Source of the DNA: Chloroflexota bacterium
GTDB taxonomy: Bacteria > Chloroflexota > UBA11872 > VXOZ01
Assembly (NCBI GenBank): GCA_965221905.1
Contig: OZ244922.1
Coordinates: 1,888,001 to 1,952,000, forward strand
Length of the DNA: 64,000 bases
Direction: 5' to 3'
Shown: positions 20,718 to 31,201 of the stretch, piece after piece
How positions within the stretch are numbered: position 1 is the first letter of the stretch
Layout of the letters: every line of letters starts with the position of its first letter
The notes under the pieces: generated by a model
Seen by the model: the letters and a program-made list of their open reading frames with translations, nothing else
What the model was told of the DNA's origin: nothing
Databases searched by the model: none
Made by a program: the position numbers and the translations under genes

Positions 20718-21536
20718 ATGGCATACCGGCGATTCATAGATGCGCACGTCCACTACCCGCAGACCGCATTCGATCCTACGGGCTCGCAGATTCCAATAGA
20801 CCGCCAACTCGAGAACCTCCTCAGGGTTGAACGCGCCCTCGGCTGTCAGCGCCTGTGCATGCTCTCGACCGGCAACCCGCCCGTACATGATGCTGTGGCG
20901 AAACTCATCAAAGACCAACCGGATTTTATCATTGGCTTTGGCTTCATTCGCCTTGGGGTCGATGACCCAAGCATCGTTGACGAACTTGGCGATTTGGGAT
21001 TTCGTGGTCTCAAGACGATTCGCCCCTTGGAAAACTACGACAGTAAGTCGTACTATCCGTTCTACGAACGGGCTGAAGCGCGCAACATGCCAATTCTTTT
21101 CCATACGGGACAGCTCTTTCGCGCTCCGGGGAGCGGGTCTCGCGCCGAGGACGTGAGTACGGCCCGCATGATGCCCTGGATGCTCGATCCAATTGCCCGA
21201 GCCTTCCCGAAGCTGACGCTCATTGGCGCCCATTTAGGCTCCCCTTCATTTGCGGAAGCCGCCTGGGTGGCGCGTTGGAACGAAAACGTCTATTGGGACC
21301 TGAGCGGTCCCATCACCATCCGTTACGGCAATCGCAAAATCGTACACGAGATGATGTATAACGCAGTGGCGGGAGCGGGAATCACCCACAAGCTCGTGTT
21401 CGGTTCCGACGTCACGCCGCCGGAGATACCGGACGTTGTCATGGCCTATGACACATTCCTGGATCGGCTCGGCGCGGATTCGTTGGACAAAGACCAGGTC
21501 TTCTACGGTAACATGGCTCGCATCCTCGGCATCTAG
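20718..21536 (+). CDS. Amidohydrolase_2 family metal-dependent hydrolase
   Basis: IDAHVH, GFRGLK, PILFHTG, AHLG, YWDLS, VFGSD, GNMARILG. Confidence 0.85.
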   Translation: MAYRRFIDAHVHYPQTAFDPTGSQIPIDRQLENLLRVERALGCQRLCMLSTGNPPVHDAVAKLIKDQPDFIIGFGFIRLGVDDPSIVDELGDLGFRGLKTIRPLENYDSKSYYPFYERAEARNMPILFHTGQLFRAPGSGSRAEDVSTARMMPWMLDPIARAFPKLTLIGAHLGSPSFAEAAWVARWNENVYWDLSGPITIRYGNRKIVHEMMYNAVAGAGITHKLVFGSDVTPPEIPDVVMAYDTFLDRLGADSLDKDQVFYGNMARILGI

Positions 21537-22369
21537 TGAGCGAAAGAACCATGACCGACTATGCCTTTAGTGCCATCCCCATGCTGGAACGCCCCGCCAA
21601 GCCCCGCGGCACGGGCCAAACGATGATGATTGACTTTGGGCTGGGCCTGCGCCAGCAGGAAGACATCTTACAGCTCGCGAGCGAATATATTGACTCCGCC
21701 AAGATCGCCGTGGGTGTTGCGCGGCTCTTGCCAAGAGAGTTGGTGATGCGTAAGATCAACGTCTACAAGCAATACAATGTCGTGCCGTATCCAGGTGGGC
21801 AGTTTCTCGAGTACGCGGTGCTCTGTGGGAAAGTGGACGCCTATTATGCAGAAGCGGCGGCAGTTGGCTTCCCCGCCGTTGAGGTATCCGACAATCTCCT
21901 GTCAATTTCACTTGACGAGAAACGGGCACTTATAGTCAAAGCACGAGAAGTCTATGGCCTTGAAGTCTTTGGCGAAGTGGGAAAGAAAGAGGGACTGGCC
22001 GTTACGGTTAGCCTGGAAGAAGACATCCGCGCATGTTTGGAAGCAGGCAGTGGCAAGGTGCTTATCGAGGCGGCAGAAATCTTCTCCCACGGGCGTGACA
22101 AGACTTTGGCTATGCAGCTCACCGAAGCGGCGCCACTCGAAAAGCTTATGTTCGAACTCACCGGCCCTTGGATCGAAGGTACCGCGTACTCCGAACCGGA
22201 CGCCCTCGCACGCTGGCTCATGCAGACATTCGGCCCTGACGTAAACATCGGCAATGTACAGCCTGATAGCCTGCTTCGCCTTGAAACCGCACGCCGGGGC
22301 TTGGGTGTCAACGCCGGTGGAGAACTACCCAGTGGACTCATGGGCGATACAGCTTCCCAAGGTGGTTGA
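21536..22369 (+). CDS. comA: Phosphosulfolactate synthase (ComA)-like protein
   Basis: KPRGTGQTMMIDFGLG, PGGQFLE, EVSDN, EVGKK, FGPDVNIGNV, LETARRGL. Confidence 0.8.
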   Translation: MSERTMTDYAFSAIPMLERPAKPRGTGQTMMIDFGLGLRQQEDILQLASEYIDSAKIAVGVARLLPRELVMRKINVYKQYNVVPYPGGQFLEYAVLCGKVDAYYAEAAAVGFPAVEVSDNLLSISLDEKRALIVKAREVYGLEVFGEVGKKEGLAVTVSLEEDIRACLEAGSGKVLIEAAEIFSHGRDKTLAMQLTEAAPLEKLMFELTGPWIEGTAYSEPDALARWLMQTFGPDVNIGNVQPDSLLRLETARRGLGVNAGGELPSGLMGDTASQGG

Positions 22370-22378
22370 AGAAGAGGA

Positions 22379-23443
22379 ATGTCATTGGACTTAGATCGAA
22401 CGTATCGCGACAGGCGCGTGCTTGTAACTGGCGGCCTAGGCTTCATAGGAAGCAATCTGGCACAGCGTCTCGTGCGACTTGGGGCGCAGGTGCTGATCAT
22501 CGACTCGCTGGTGCCGGATCACGGCGGTAATATCTACAACATTGCCGACATACGCGACAAGCTATCGCTCAATATCTCAGACGTGCGCGATCAGCACGCT
22601 ATGAACTTCCTAGTTCGCGGACAGCACTACATCTTCAACCTAGCGGGCCAAGTGAGCCACATCGGTAGCATGGAAGACCCTCTAGCCGATAACGACATCA
22701 ACGCCCGCTCGCAGATTTATCTGCTTGAAGCTTGCCGGCAGCACAATCCGAATGCGCGCGTGGTCTACTCGAGCACGCGTCAATTCTATGGCGTGCCGCA
22801 GTACATCCCTGTTGACGAGGCCCATCCCGTGCAGCCTACGGACGTAAACGGCATTACGAAGTGGGCGGGTGAACAGTACCACTTGGTCTATCACCGCGCT
22901 CACGGTATTCCAACAACGGCTCTGCGCTTGACCAACGTGTACGGGCCGCGACAGGTCTTAAAGGATGCGGAAGGGCGCATGGGTGTCATTTACCATTTCG
23001 TCCGCAAAGTTCTTGCGAGAGAGAAGCTCAGAGTCTTTGGTACTGGCGAGCAACTACGTGACTACGTCTATGTAGACGATGTGGTGGAGGCGCTGCTGTT
23101 GGCAGGCGGGCATGATGAAGCCATCGGCCAAGTTTTCAACGTTGGCGGCCTGCGTCCTATTAGCCACCTGCAGCTTGTGCAGCACCTTTTGGATGCTGCG
23201 GGACTACCCAATGACTGGTATGATCTGGTTCCGTTCCCGCCGGAACGCAAGGCCATCGACGTCGGAAGCGTATATCTCGATTCTACGAGGATTCAGCAAG
23301 CCATTGGGTGGGCGCCGACGACGGACCTCGCTGAAGGGCTTGCGCAGACCTTCGCCTACTACCGTGAACATAAAGATGCATACTGGGATGCGGAAATGGT
23401 TGCTTCGCTACAGGAAGGCAGCTTGCAGGTGGAAAACCCATAG
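22379..23443 (+). CDS. NAD-dependent NDP-sugar epimerase/dehydratase
   Basis: [35 protein letters not shown]. Confidence 0.9.
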   Translation: MSLDLDRTYRDRRVLVTGGLGFIGSNLAQRLVRLGAQVLIIDSLVPDHGGNIYNIADIRDKLSLNISDVRDQHAMNFLVRGQHYIFNLAGQVSHIGSMEDPLADNDINARSQIYLLEACRQHNPNARVVYSSTRQFYGVPQYIPVDEAHPVQPTDVNGITKWAGEQYHLVYHRAHGIPTTALRLTNVYGPRQVLKDAEGRMGVIYHFVRKVLAREKLRVFGTGEQLRDYVYVDDVVEALLLAGGHDEAIGQVFNVGGLRPISHLQLVQHLLDAAGLPNDWYDLVPFPPERKAIDVGSVYLDSTRIQQAIGWAPTTDLAEGLAQTFAYYREHKDAYWDAEMVASLQEGSLQVENP

Positions 23444-23444
23444 T

Positions 23445-24581
23445 ATGACCGCATCTTCCAAAAAGCTCGGGACGAACGTTCCTCAATTCACAACCGCCCG
23501 CCAATTCGCCACCATCGAGACAGAGGTGCGGCAAGCTATTGAGCGTGTGCTTGCTTCGAATTGGTTTGTGCTCGGTAATGAACTTGAGGCGTTTGAGCAG
23601 GAGTTTGCAAGGTTCTGTGGGGTCTCTCACTGCGTCGGCGTGGGCAACGGCACGGATGCGATTGAACTCGCGCTGCGCGCCTGCGGCATCGGGGCGGGGG
23701 ACGAGGTAATCATTCCGGCATTTACGGCAAATTTCACTGCTCTTGCGGTGACTGCGACCGGTGCGACTCCAGTGCTTGTCGACGTCGCTGCCGATACTGC
23801 CACAATTGACCCGATGCAAATCGCAACAGCGGTGACGCCTGCAACTAAGGCGATCGTGCCGGTGCATCTCTACGGCCAACCGGCGGATATGGATCCAATC
23901 AATGAATTTGCCAGGCAACACGATCTTTGGGTAGTCGAAGACGTGGCCCAAGCGCATGGCGCCGCCTATCGCGGACAATCGGTCGGCAGTCTCGGCGACC
24001 TAGGCGCCTTCAGCTTCTATCCGACGAAGAATCTCGGCGCGTATGGCGACGGTGGAGCGGTGGTGACAGACAGTCCCGAACTGGCAGCACGCCTGCGTCT
24101 GCTGCGCCATGGTGGCATTGACCAAGGGTATATGAGCGTCGTAAAAGGGCAAAATTCGCGCCTTGACGAGCTGCAAGCGGCAATCCTCAGAGCGAAGCTG
24201 CCGCATCTCAATGCCTGGAGTGAGCGCAGACGCGCCATTGCCCGCCAGTACACTGCGGCATTCAGCCAAGTCAAAGGGCTGGATACTCCGGCGGAGGTGC
24301 CTGATCGCTACCATGTCTACCACCTCTACGCCGTGCAGAGCGCAACGCGGGATGCCCTGGCGTCGTTCCTGGCAGAACGCGGCATCGGCACGAAAGTGCA
24401 CTATCCCCACGCATTGCACGAGCTCGAAGCCTACCCTGAATGGCATGCACTTGCCGGGCAGTTTCCGAATGCTGAGCGACTCGCGCGCACGGTCCTCTCG
24501 CTGCCCATGTATCCCGAAATGACCGATGAGGATGTTGACGCGGTCTGTGCGGGCGTGCTGGGCTACTTTGAGAAGCGTTAG
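23445..24581 (+). CDS. DegT/DnrJ/EryC1/StrS sugar aminotransferase
   Basis: [39 protein letters not shown]; start set at ATG 23445, right after the epimerase stop. Confidence 0.9.
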   Translation: MTASSKKLGTNVPQFTTARQFATIETEVRQAIERVLASNWFVLGNELEAFEQEFARFCGVSHCVGVGNGTDAIELALRACGIGAGDEVIIPAFTANFTALAVTATGATPVLVDVAADTATIDPMQIATAVTPATKAIVPVHLYGQPADMDPINEFARQHDLWVVEDVAQAHGAAYRGQSVGSLGDLGAFSFYPTKNLGAYGDGGAVVTDSPELAARLRLLRHGGIDQGYMSVVKGQNSRLDELQAAILRAKLPHLNAWSERRRAIARQYTAAFSQVKGLDTPAEVPDRYHVYHLYAVQSATRDALASFLAERGIGTKVHYPHALHELEAYPEWHALAGQFPNAERLARTVLSLPMYPEMTDEDVDAVCAGVLGYFEKR

Positions 24582-24606
24582 CTGAGTAGGGACACACGAG
24601 TTTGCC

Positions 24607-25365
24607 ATGGAGCGGGAAGCGTATGACTCTATGTACCGCCTGGAAGATAGCTTCTGGTGGTATGTGGGCATGCGCAAGCTCATGTGGACGCTTCTATCGG
24701 ACATCGAGTGGCCTCATGGGATGCCCAAAGTCCTGGATGCGGGCTGTGGAACGGGAGCAAACCTACAGCACTTTTCCTCTCTTGGCACCCTCACCGGGGC
24801 GGAAATAGATTCTGACGCATTGGCGTTTTGCCGCCAGCGGGGAATCACCGCGCTCGTTCAGGCCTCTGTGACCGATCTTCCATTTCCTACGGAATCCTTC
24901 GATATGATTCTTAGCTTTGAGGTCCTCTATCACGCGCAGGTAGAGAATGATGTAGCGGCGCTGCGTGAATCTTGCCGCGCGCTCACGCCGGGCGGGCACT
25001 GTGTGGTCCGATTGCCCGCCTACCAATGGCTCATGAGCGCTCATGACGCCGCAGTGCATACGCGCCACCGCTATACTGCGGATGAATTGCGCAGAATCGC
25101 CGAGGCCGCGGGCTTTGCAGTGGAGAGAATTACGTACTTGAATGCGATCCTGCTGCCGCTTGCGATTGTGCAGCGGTTGCTCACGCGGCAAGGAAATGAA
25201 GGCCGGTCAGACGTGCGGCCGCTCTGGAAGCCGCTCAACGCGGCTCTGCGGTGGACATTATCCTTAGAGCGGCACATCTTAGGGCACTGGAATCTACCGG
25301 CGGGTCTCACGGTATTCGCATTGCTGCGCAAACCGGACTCTGCTGGACCTCATGAGGAGTATTGA
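24607..25365 (+). CDS. Class I SAM-dependent methyltransferase (glycan-locus type)
   Basis: VLDAGCGTG, LPF..ESFD, LPAYQWLMSAHD...HRY. Confidence 0.85.
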   Translation: MEREAYDSMYRLEDSFWWYVGMRKLMWTLLSDIEWPHGMPKVLDAGCGTGANLQHFSSLGTLTGAEIDSDALAFCRQRGITALVQASVTDLPFPTESFDMILSFEVLYHAQVENDVAALRESCRALTPGGHCVVRLPAYQWLMSAHDAAVHTRHRYTADELRRIAEAAGFAVERITYLNAILLPLAIVQRLLTRQGNEGRSDVRPLWKPLNAALRWTLSLERHILGHWNLPAGLTVFALLRKPDSAGPHEEY

Positions 25366-26051
25366 TCCAATAGTCCCGGAAGGTCGTTCAAGGTTGCAAT
25401 CGAACGGACGCCTTTGGCAACTGGCGCACTATCGCGATTGAGCAAGACTGCGTGGAGTCCCACCTGCTGCGCCCCGAGATAGTCATTGTGCAGATCGTCG
25501 CCGACGTACAGCACCCGCTCAGGCGACGCCCCGAGCAGCTTGACTCCCTCAAGGAAGATGCCGGGATGCGGCTTGGCCTCACCAAAGTCGGCCGAATTGA
25601 CGATCACGCTGAACCAATCTTCCAGACCGAGCTCGGCCAACTGCTCGCGCAGCAGGGCATTGTAATTGCTCACTACGCCAAGTGCCAAACCTCGCTGTCG
25701 CAACTGCCCGAGCGCCGATTCCGCGTCAGGATAAGCAGTCATCTTGAAGAGATCGAGCAGGTGTTGACGCATGCGGTCGCGCGGAAACTGCATGAGTTCA
25801 AGCTCCGCCAGCACCAAGTCGCTTGCCTCGTACTCTAGTTGCCGCAGCTCTTGTTCGTCGCGAATGTGGGGGAATTTCGCGCGATAGAGCTCTACCTCGG
25901 CGAGAGTGGCTCTTTCTGCACGCTCGGCAGGAACGCTCACGCCGTCTGAGGCTAGGAGGCGACACAGGTGCGCAGCCGGCGAGCCCGCAGAAACCGGCGC
26001 AAAGAGCGTACCAAAAGCGTCAAACAGCACTGCGTCTAAGGTGCCCGCCAC
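25350..26051 (-). CDS. HAD-superfamily hydrolase
   Basis: FDAFGTL, VVSN, KPHPGIF, VGDDLHND. Confidence 0.85.
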   Translation of the reverse strand: MAGTLDAVLFDAFGTLFAPVSAGSPAAHLCRLLASDGVSVPAERAERATLAEVELYRAKFPHIRDEQELRQLEYEASDLVLAELELMQFPRDRMRQHLLDLFKMTAYPDAESALGQLRQRGLALGVVSNYNALLREQLAELGLEDWFSVIVNSADFGEAKPHPGIFLEGVKLLGASPERVLYVGDDLHNDYLGAQQVGLHAVLLNRDSAPVAKGVRSIATLNDLPGLLDQYSS

Positions 26052-26093
26052 GAAAGATCTTCTCTCCGCAGATACTCCGATCCTGATTCCATG

Positions 26094-26879
26094 CTACCAC
26101 CAACGCCACGGCATGGGGTTCTCGTAGTAGTGCACCGGGATATTGGGCAGCGCTGCTTGTAGTTCTTGAGCATACTCGGCCAGACCGGGATTCTCGCTCA
26201 CCTCGTGGCTGGTTTCAATCATAGGCACGCCCGATTCCCAGGCAAAGTGCATGCCGTAGTTGTCGCTCTCACCGGCAATGAAGACATCGCAGCCGTACTT
26301 GAGAATCGACTGCATGTAGCCGACGTTGACGAAGAGGCCCAAGCCGCCCCAGGGCAACCCGGCTCGCCGGACAGGCGCTGCCGGATCATGAGGAGTGGCC
26401 CGCACCGCTTCCATCCCCAGCGCCGACTTGACGCGCCCCACCAGCGCGCCAAAGGTGGTGTCCGGCGGCAGGTCGTAGGCCTTGAGGTACGGTCCTTCAT
26501 CGACCGCGGGTGTGCCAAGGCCGAGCTTATTGGCAAAGGCAGTGAAAATACAATGCCGATCGAGTGTTCCATGGACTCGAATTACTGAGATTCCATGGTC
26601 AGTGAGCAGACCGATGCGTCGCTGGTTGACGCGCCAGCTCAGGTAATCTACCGGAGTCGTGCTGTTTTGCGGGCGCCACGACGGAAAATAGAGGTCTTCG
26701 TGGGCGATTATGAGATTGGCCCCGGCCTTGCCCGCATGTTGGATTGCATCGAGACTCGCCATCCAGCACACCTGTATGCCGGTTACCTCCTGCTCGCGGT
26801 CGCCGAAGAGAACTCCCTCGTCGCCTCCCAAAGCGCCAAAAGATTCGATGAGTAACTGTAATACGTCTGACGTGCGCAT
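26094..26879 (-). CDS. Nif3/DUF34-like dinuclear metal protein
   Basis: NLIIAHE, VHGTLD, DVFIAGE, SHEVSE; start set at MRTSDV (26879). Confidence 0.8.
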   Translation of the reverse strand: MRTSDVLQLLIESFGALGGDEGVLFGDREQEVTGIQVCWMASLDAIQHAGKAGANLIIAHEDLYFPSWRPQNSTTPVDYLSWRVNQRRIGLLTDHGISVIRVHGTLDRHCIFTAFANKLGLGTPAVDEGPYLKAYDLPPDTTFGALVGRVKSALGMEAVRATPHDPAAPVRRAGLPWGGLGLFVNVGYMQSILKYGCDVFIAGESDNYGMHFAWESGVPMIETSHEVSENPGLAEYAQELQAALPNIPVHYYENPMPWRWW

Positions 26880-26976
26880 TTCTTTGCCTTTCACTTTGCG
26901 TAACTTGCACGATTGCCCCTGCTGCATCATGATAGCGAATAGTGGCAATAGGGAGCAGCAAGGAGAGGTGCAGACG

Positions 26977-28311
26977 ATGAGAGAGGACGAGGTGCTGCCG
27001 GATCGCGCGCCACTCTGGGCGGGCGCAGCCAAAACGCAGATCACACCGGCAATTGGTGGCTTGCTCCAAAGCGGCATGACGGTGACATCAACGGGTGTGC
27101 TTGACGACCTCTACAGCACCGCCGTCGTGCTGGACGATGGGTCGACGAAAGTCGCATTGGTTGGCAACGACCTCATTTACATGGAAGCCTCGTTGGCGGC
27201 GGCTATCCGCGCGCGAATTGCCGCACAGACCGGCATTCCCGGTGATCATGTCCTTCTAAACGCCTCGCATACGCACTCCGGTCCGAGCATTTCCGTGCTC
27301 TCGCCTGATCCTGTAGACATGGAATACCGTGATTGGGTGATCCAGCGCATCGCCGATACGGTGGCGCGGGCGGATGCCGCTTTAGAGCCTGCTTCGCTCG
27401 CCATCGGGGAAGCGGAAGGCCTGTTTGCTATTAATCGCCGCAAGGTCGTGGACGGCACGTCCAGCATGCTGCCTAACTATGAGGATACGGTGGATAATCG
27501 CGCCCGGGTCTTGCGCGTCGATCGCCTGGATGGCTCGGTGCTCGCCATCCTCTTTTCGGTTGCCTGCCACGGCACCGGCTTTGACTACCGCGGCATCCCC
27601 GTGATTGGGGGCGATTACATTTCTCCGGCCAAAGATGAGATTGAGCGGTCGTTCGCCACGGAAGGCGCGCCGATTGCGGTCTTTCTTACCGGCTGTGGCG
27701 GGAACATTCGCCCGCGGGTGCTGACACCGGACGGCGACCGCTTCCATCCCTGCAGCGCAGCAGAGATTCGGGCGATCGGCCGGGGCGCCGGCGCAGTTGC
27801 GGTGCGTGCGGCGCGGGAGAGTCACATGGCAGTGGGCTATCCCATCGCCATTGCCAGAGAGCAGCTTCCGCTCTCCTTCCAAGATCCGCCCACAATCGAC
27901 GAGCTCAAGTCGTATCGTACAGAATCCGGCCGCAATCGCTGGGTCACGTGGGCAGACTACCTCATCGAGAAGCTGGAGAACGGCGAGCAACTTCCCAAAA
28001 CAGTAGATATGGAAGTGCAAGTCCTGCGGCTCGGCGGTGTCTGCATCGTCGCCATGGGCGGTGAAGTTTTTGTGGAAATCGGGCTAGCTATCGAGCGTGC
28101 GCTCCAGGAGAGCCACCGGGCGCAGATGGCCCTCACCCTCGGCTACAGCAACTCGGAAGTGGGGTACGTCTGCACCGCCAGCTCCTATCCGGAAGGCGGC
28201 TCGGAACCGGCGGACTTCTACCGTTGGTTCTGGTATCCGGCACCGTTCGAGCCGAAGACAGAGCAGTTTGTAGTGAGGCGCGCCCTTGCTCTCGCCGAGC
28301 AGGTTTGTTAG
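26977..28311 (+). CDS. Neutral/alkaline ceramidase-like hydrolase
   Basis: GAAKTQITP, DDLY, ASHTHSGP, INRR, ACHGT, GCGGN, GEVFVE; start at ATG 26977 after GGAGAGG. Confidence 0.75.
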   Translation: MREDEVLPDRAPLWAGAAKTQITPAIGGLLQSGMTVTSTGVLDDLYSTAVVLDDGSTKVALVGNDLIYMEASLAAAIRARIAAQTGIPGDHVLLNASHTHSGPSISVLSPDPVDMEYRDWVIQRIADTVARADAALEPASLAIGEAEGLFAINRRKVVDGTSSMLPNYEDTVDNRARVLRVDRLDGSVLAILFSVACHGTGFDYRGIPVIGGDYISPAKDEIERSFATEGAPIAVFLTGCGGNIRPRVLTPDGDRFHPCSAAEIRAIGRGAGAVAVRAARESHMAVGYPIAIAREQLPLSFQDPPTIDELKSYRTESGRNRWVTWADYLIEKLENGEQLPKTVDMEVQVLRLGGVCIVAMGGEVFVEIGLAIERALQESHRAQMALTLGYSNSEVGYVCTASSYPEGGSEPADFYRWFWYPAPFEPKTEQFVVRRALALAEQVC

Positions 28312-28382
28312 CCACAACGATAGAAACTGCAATTCACCAACTCTACGAAATCACGAGACTTGAGAAGCGAGGAAGGCGAACA

Positions 28383-29777
28383 ATGTCAGGTAGAGTCCGC
28401 ATGGGTGCGGCGAAAGTTAACATAACTCCGCCAGTGGGCACGCATCTCGGCGGCTATGGCAATCGCCGGCAGCCGTCAGACGATATTCACGATGAACTCT
28501 ACGCCGCCGCGTATGTGTTTGCGGATGACACCACGACGGTTGCCGTCATCGGCGCTGATCTGGTTGACTTTCCATTGGAGCGCACGCACAGCGTCCGTAG
28601 GAAAATTATGGCTTTGACGGGAATTCCGGGCTCGCATGTCATGCTGGGCGCCACACACGCGCATAGCGGCCCCAATACGAAAGATTGGGGAGCCGGTCTC
28701 CCGGGCGCGAGCGAGCCGTTTCCCGGCGGCATACCCACCGAAGAATTGACCTATAGCCTGCCGATTCTCGACCTTGACTACCTGGATGAGCTAGAGAATA
28801 AGCTCGCGGGTGTCGTGGCAATGGCAATGCAGGGGTTTCAGAACGTCGTTGGCGGCATCGGCACCGGGCAGTACGGCCTGGCCATCAACCGCCGCGGCGA
28901 GCGCAACGGCGAAGTGATCAACTGCCCGCGTCCCGATGGGCTGGTCGATCATTCACTGCCGGTGCTGCGATTCGATAACGATGCCGGCGAACCGGCAGGC
29001 ATCGTCTTCAACTACGCTTGCCATCCAACGAGCATGAGCGATAATTTCGCCATCAGCGCCGACTATCCCGGTCCTGCGCGGTCGTTCGTGGAAGATGTGT
29101 ACGGCAGTGATTGCGTCGTGGGCTTCCTGCTCGGCTGCCACGGCGACATTCGACCCAACTACACCGACGAGGCCGGCCGCTTCCGCTCGGCGGTTTTTGC
29201 CGAGCTGGAGCGCGAAGGGCGCATCATGGGAGCGGAAGTCGTGAAGACGCGGGAGCAGACACACCCTCGTTCCTTAGACGGCGTGGCGGCGGCAAGCACG
29301 CCGATTGTCGCGCCATTCGCCGAGCCGCCGACGGCCGAGTATCTGCGTGCGGCTTTGGAGACGGGCGCGTTTCCCGACACCGGCCGACGGCTCCCGTTCT
29401 GCAAGGCCCGCTGGGCGCAGCGCATTCTGCGCCAGATCGAAGGCGGGACGTTAACCGACGGTTTGGAGACCGAACTCCAGGTGATTCGCGTTGGGCATCT
29501 GGTGTTTGTGGGCTTTCCCGGGGAGTTTTTCCTAGAGTACGGCATGGAAACGCGTACGCGCGTAAAAGAGGAGTTTGGGCTGGACGTGGTGCACGTGAGC
29601 ATGGCGAATGACATGATTGGCTACGTTGCATCCGACCGCGAAATCCCACGCGGCGGCTACGAAGTCGGTTCCTACCAAGACGATGAGCTTGCCCCGGCCC
29701 ATTACAGAACAGGCACCCAGGGCCTCTTCGTCGGCAGAGCGCTTGAACTCGTGGGCTCGATTCTGCCAGACTCTTGA
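28383..29777 (+). CDS. Neutral/alkaline ceramidase-like hydrolase (tandem paralogue)
   Basis: GAAKVNITPP, HDELYA, ATHAHSGP, NYACHPT, ISADYPG, PGEFF, GGYE; start at ATG 28383. Confidence 0.75.
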   Translation: MSGRVRMGAAKVNITPPVGTHLGGYGNRRQPSDDIHDELYAAAYVFADDTTTVAVIGADLVDFPLERTHSVRRKIMALTGIPGSHVMLGATHAHSGPNTKDWGAGLPGASEPFPGGIPTEELTYSLPILDLDYLDELENKLAGVVAMAMQGFQNVVGGIGTGQYGLAINRRGERNGEVINCPRPDGLVDHSLPVLRFDNDAGEPAGIVFNYACHPTSMSDNFAISADYPGPARSFVEDVYGSDCVVGFLLGCHGDIRPNYTDEAGRFRSAVFAELEREGRIMGAEVVKTREQTHPRSLDGVAAASTPIVAPFAEPPTAEYLRAALETGAFPDTGRRLPFCKARWAQRILRQIEGGTLTDGLETELQVIRVGHLVFVGFPGEFFLEYGMETRTRVKEEFGLDVVHVSMANDMIGYVASDREIPRGGYEVGSYQDDELAPAHYRTGTQGLFVGRALELVGSILPDS

Positions 29778-29990
29778 CTTGGGAGCAGTCCGCCTTCACA
29801 ATGGATTGCCGCTCATGCGCGTTGCCGGAGCGGCTAAGGGTGCTCAGTGCGTTTGGCACAATTGGATACAATTGAGGGGCAAGGCAAGGCGGCAAAAACG
29901 ATGTGAAGGCTAGGCTTGCGCGCGCTGCATTAGCTGGAACTCCCTTTTGAACCCTAACCTCCTCATGCGACCTTTACAGAAAGGCCCTGC

Positions 29991-30959
29991 ATGCAGACTC
30001 CTATCGAACCCGGTATTTTTCTTCCCGAGCTAGAACTCTGGCTCGACTCGCGGAGAGTGAAGCCGGAAGGGTACATTTCGCACGCTCACAGCGACCATCT
30101 CGCTTCTCACCATCACGTGCTCGCCACTGCCGAGACCATCGCCCTCGCCGCGCAGCGCATGAAGATCAAGCAGGCGCAGGCACTGCGCTACGGCGAGCCG
30201 CTGGAGCGCGACAATTACACGCTGACGCTCTTTCCGGCCGGCCATTGCTTGGGATCGGCGCAAGTCGCCATTGACGTCCATGCTACGGGCGAACGAATTG
30301 TATACACCGGTGATCTGCACCTTGGGGATGATCTGTTCGGGCAACCGGCAGCGCCCATTCCATGCGATACGCTCATTATCGACGCTACTTTTGGACACCC
30401 GGACTATGTGTTTCCTCCTCGTGCCAGCGTGATCGATCAGGTCTGCGAGTGGGTGAGGGAAACATTACATAATGGTGAAGTACCCGTAGTACTCGCCTAT
30501 AGCCTGGGCAAGGGGCAGGAGGCGCTGCACCTCTTGCTGCAGGCGGGGTTCACAGTGCGGGTGCACGAATCCACGTATGCGATGGCGGCGGTTTACATGG
30601 AGATGGGTGTGCGGTTTCCCGGCCGGTTAATCCGTTGGCACGGCAGGCGCGAGGAAGGGACGGTGGTGCTGATGCCGCCCCACGCGCGCAGGCGATCCGA
30701 GATGTTCGCGCTCACTCCCTATCGCACCGTTCTGCTCAGCGGCTGGGCGGTTGATTCCTCCTGCAAGTATCGAATGCGCGTCGATGAAGCGCTGCCCCTG
30801 AGCGATCACTGCGACTGGGATCAGCTATGCGCCTACGTGGAGCAGGCTAGCCCGCAACGGGTATTCACGATGTTCGGCCCGCAAGACTTCTCCGCCCACT
30901 TGCGCGAGAAGGGCATCGACGCCTGGCCCCTTGAAGCCCGCCAACCGGCGCTCTTTTAA
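29991..30959 (+). CDS. MBL-fold beta-CASP-type nuclease (ligase-associated DNA-repair exonuclease-like)
   Basis: SHAHSDH, AGHCLGS, YTGD, DATFG, AYSLGKGQE, LSGW, LSDHCD. Confidence 0.8.
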   Translation: MQTPIEPGIFLPELELWLDSRRVKPEGYISHAHSDHLASHHHVLATAETIALAAQRMKIKQAQALRYGEPLERDNYTLTLFPAGHCLGSAQVAIDVHATGERIVYTGDLHLGDDLFGQPAAPIPCDTLIIDATFGHPDYVFPPRASVIDQVCEWVRETLHNGEVPVVLAYSLGKGQEALHLLLQAGFTVRVHESTYAMAAVYMEMGVRFPGRLIRWHGRREEGTVVLMPPHARRRSEMFALTPYRTVLLSGWAVDSSCKYRMRVDEALPLSDHCDWDQLCAYVEQASPQRVFTMFGPQDFSAHLREKGIDAWPLEARQPALF

Positions 30960-31201
30960 AATGAACGAGGTCTGCGGCACGTGATGATTGGGAGTTTCAA
31001 CACGCCGGTTACTTTCCCATAGTTGTGCCTTTAGGTGATAATACACGGGATGCACCATTGGGAAGGGCGTACACGCGAGCGGCCATTGGCCGCAGCAGCG
31101 CAAAAAATGGCAGCATGTACAGTAGGTGGCGCCAGAGGGCCCAATGCTGCTTAGCGGTGATCATGCATGGCTTATCGCGATAAAAAGGGAGAGAAAAGAC
31201 G

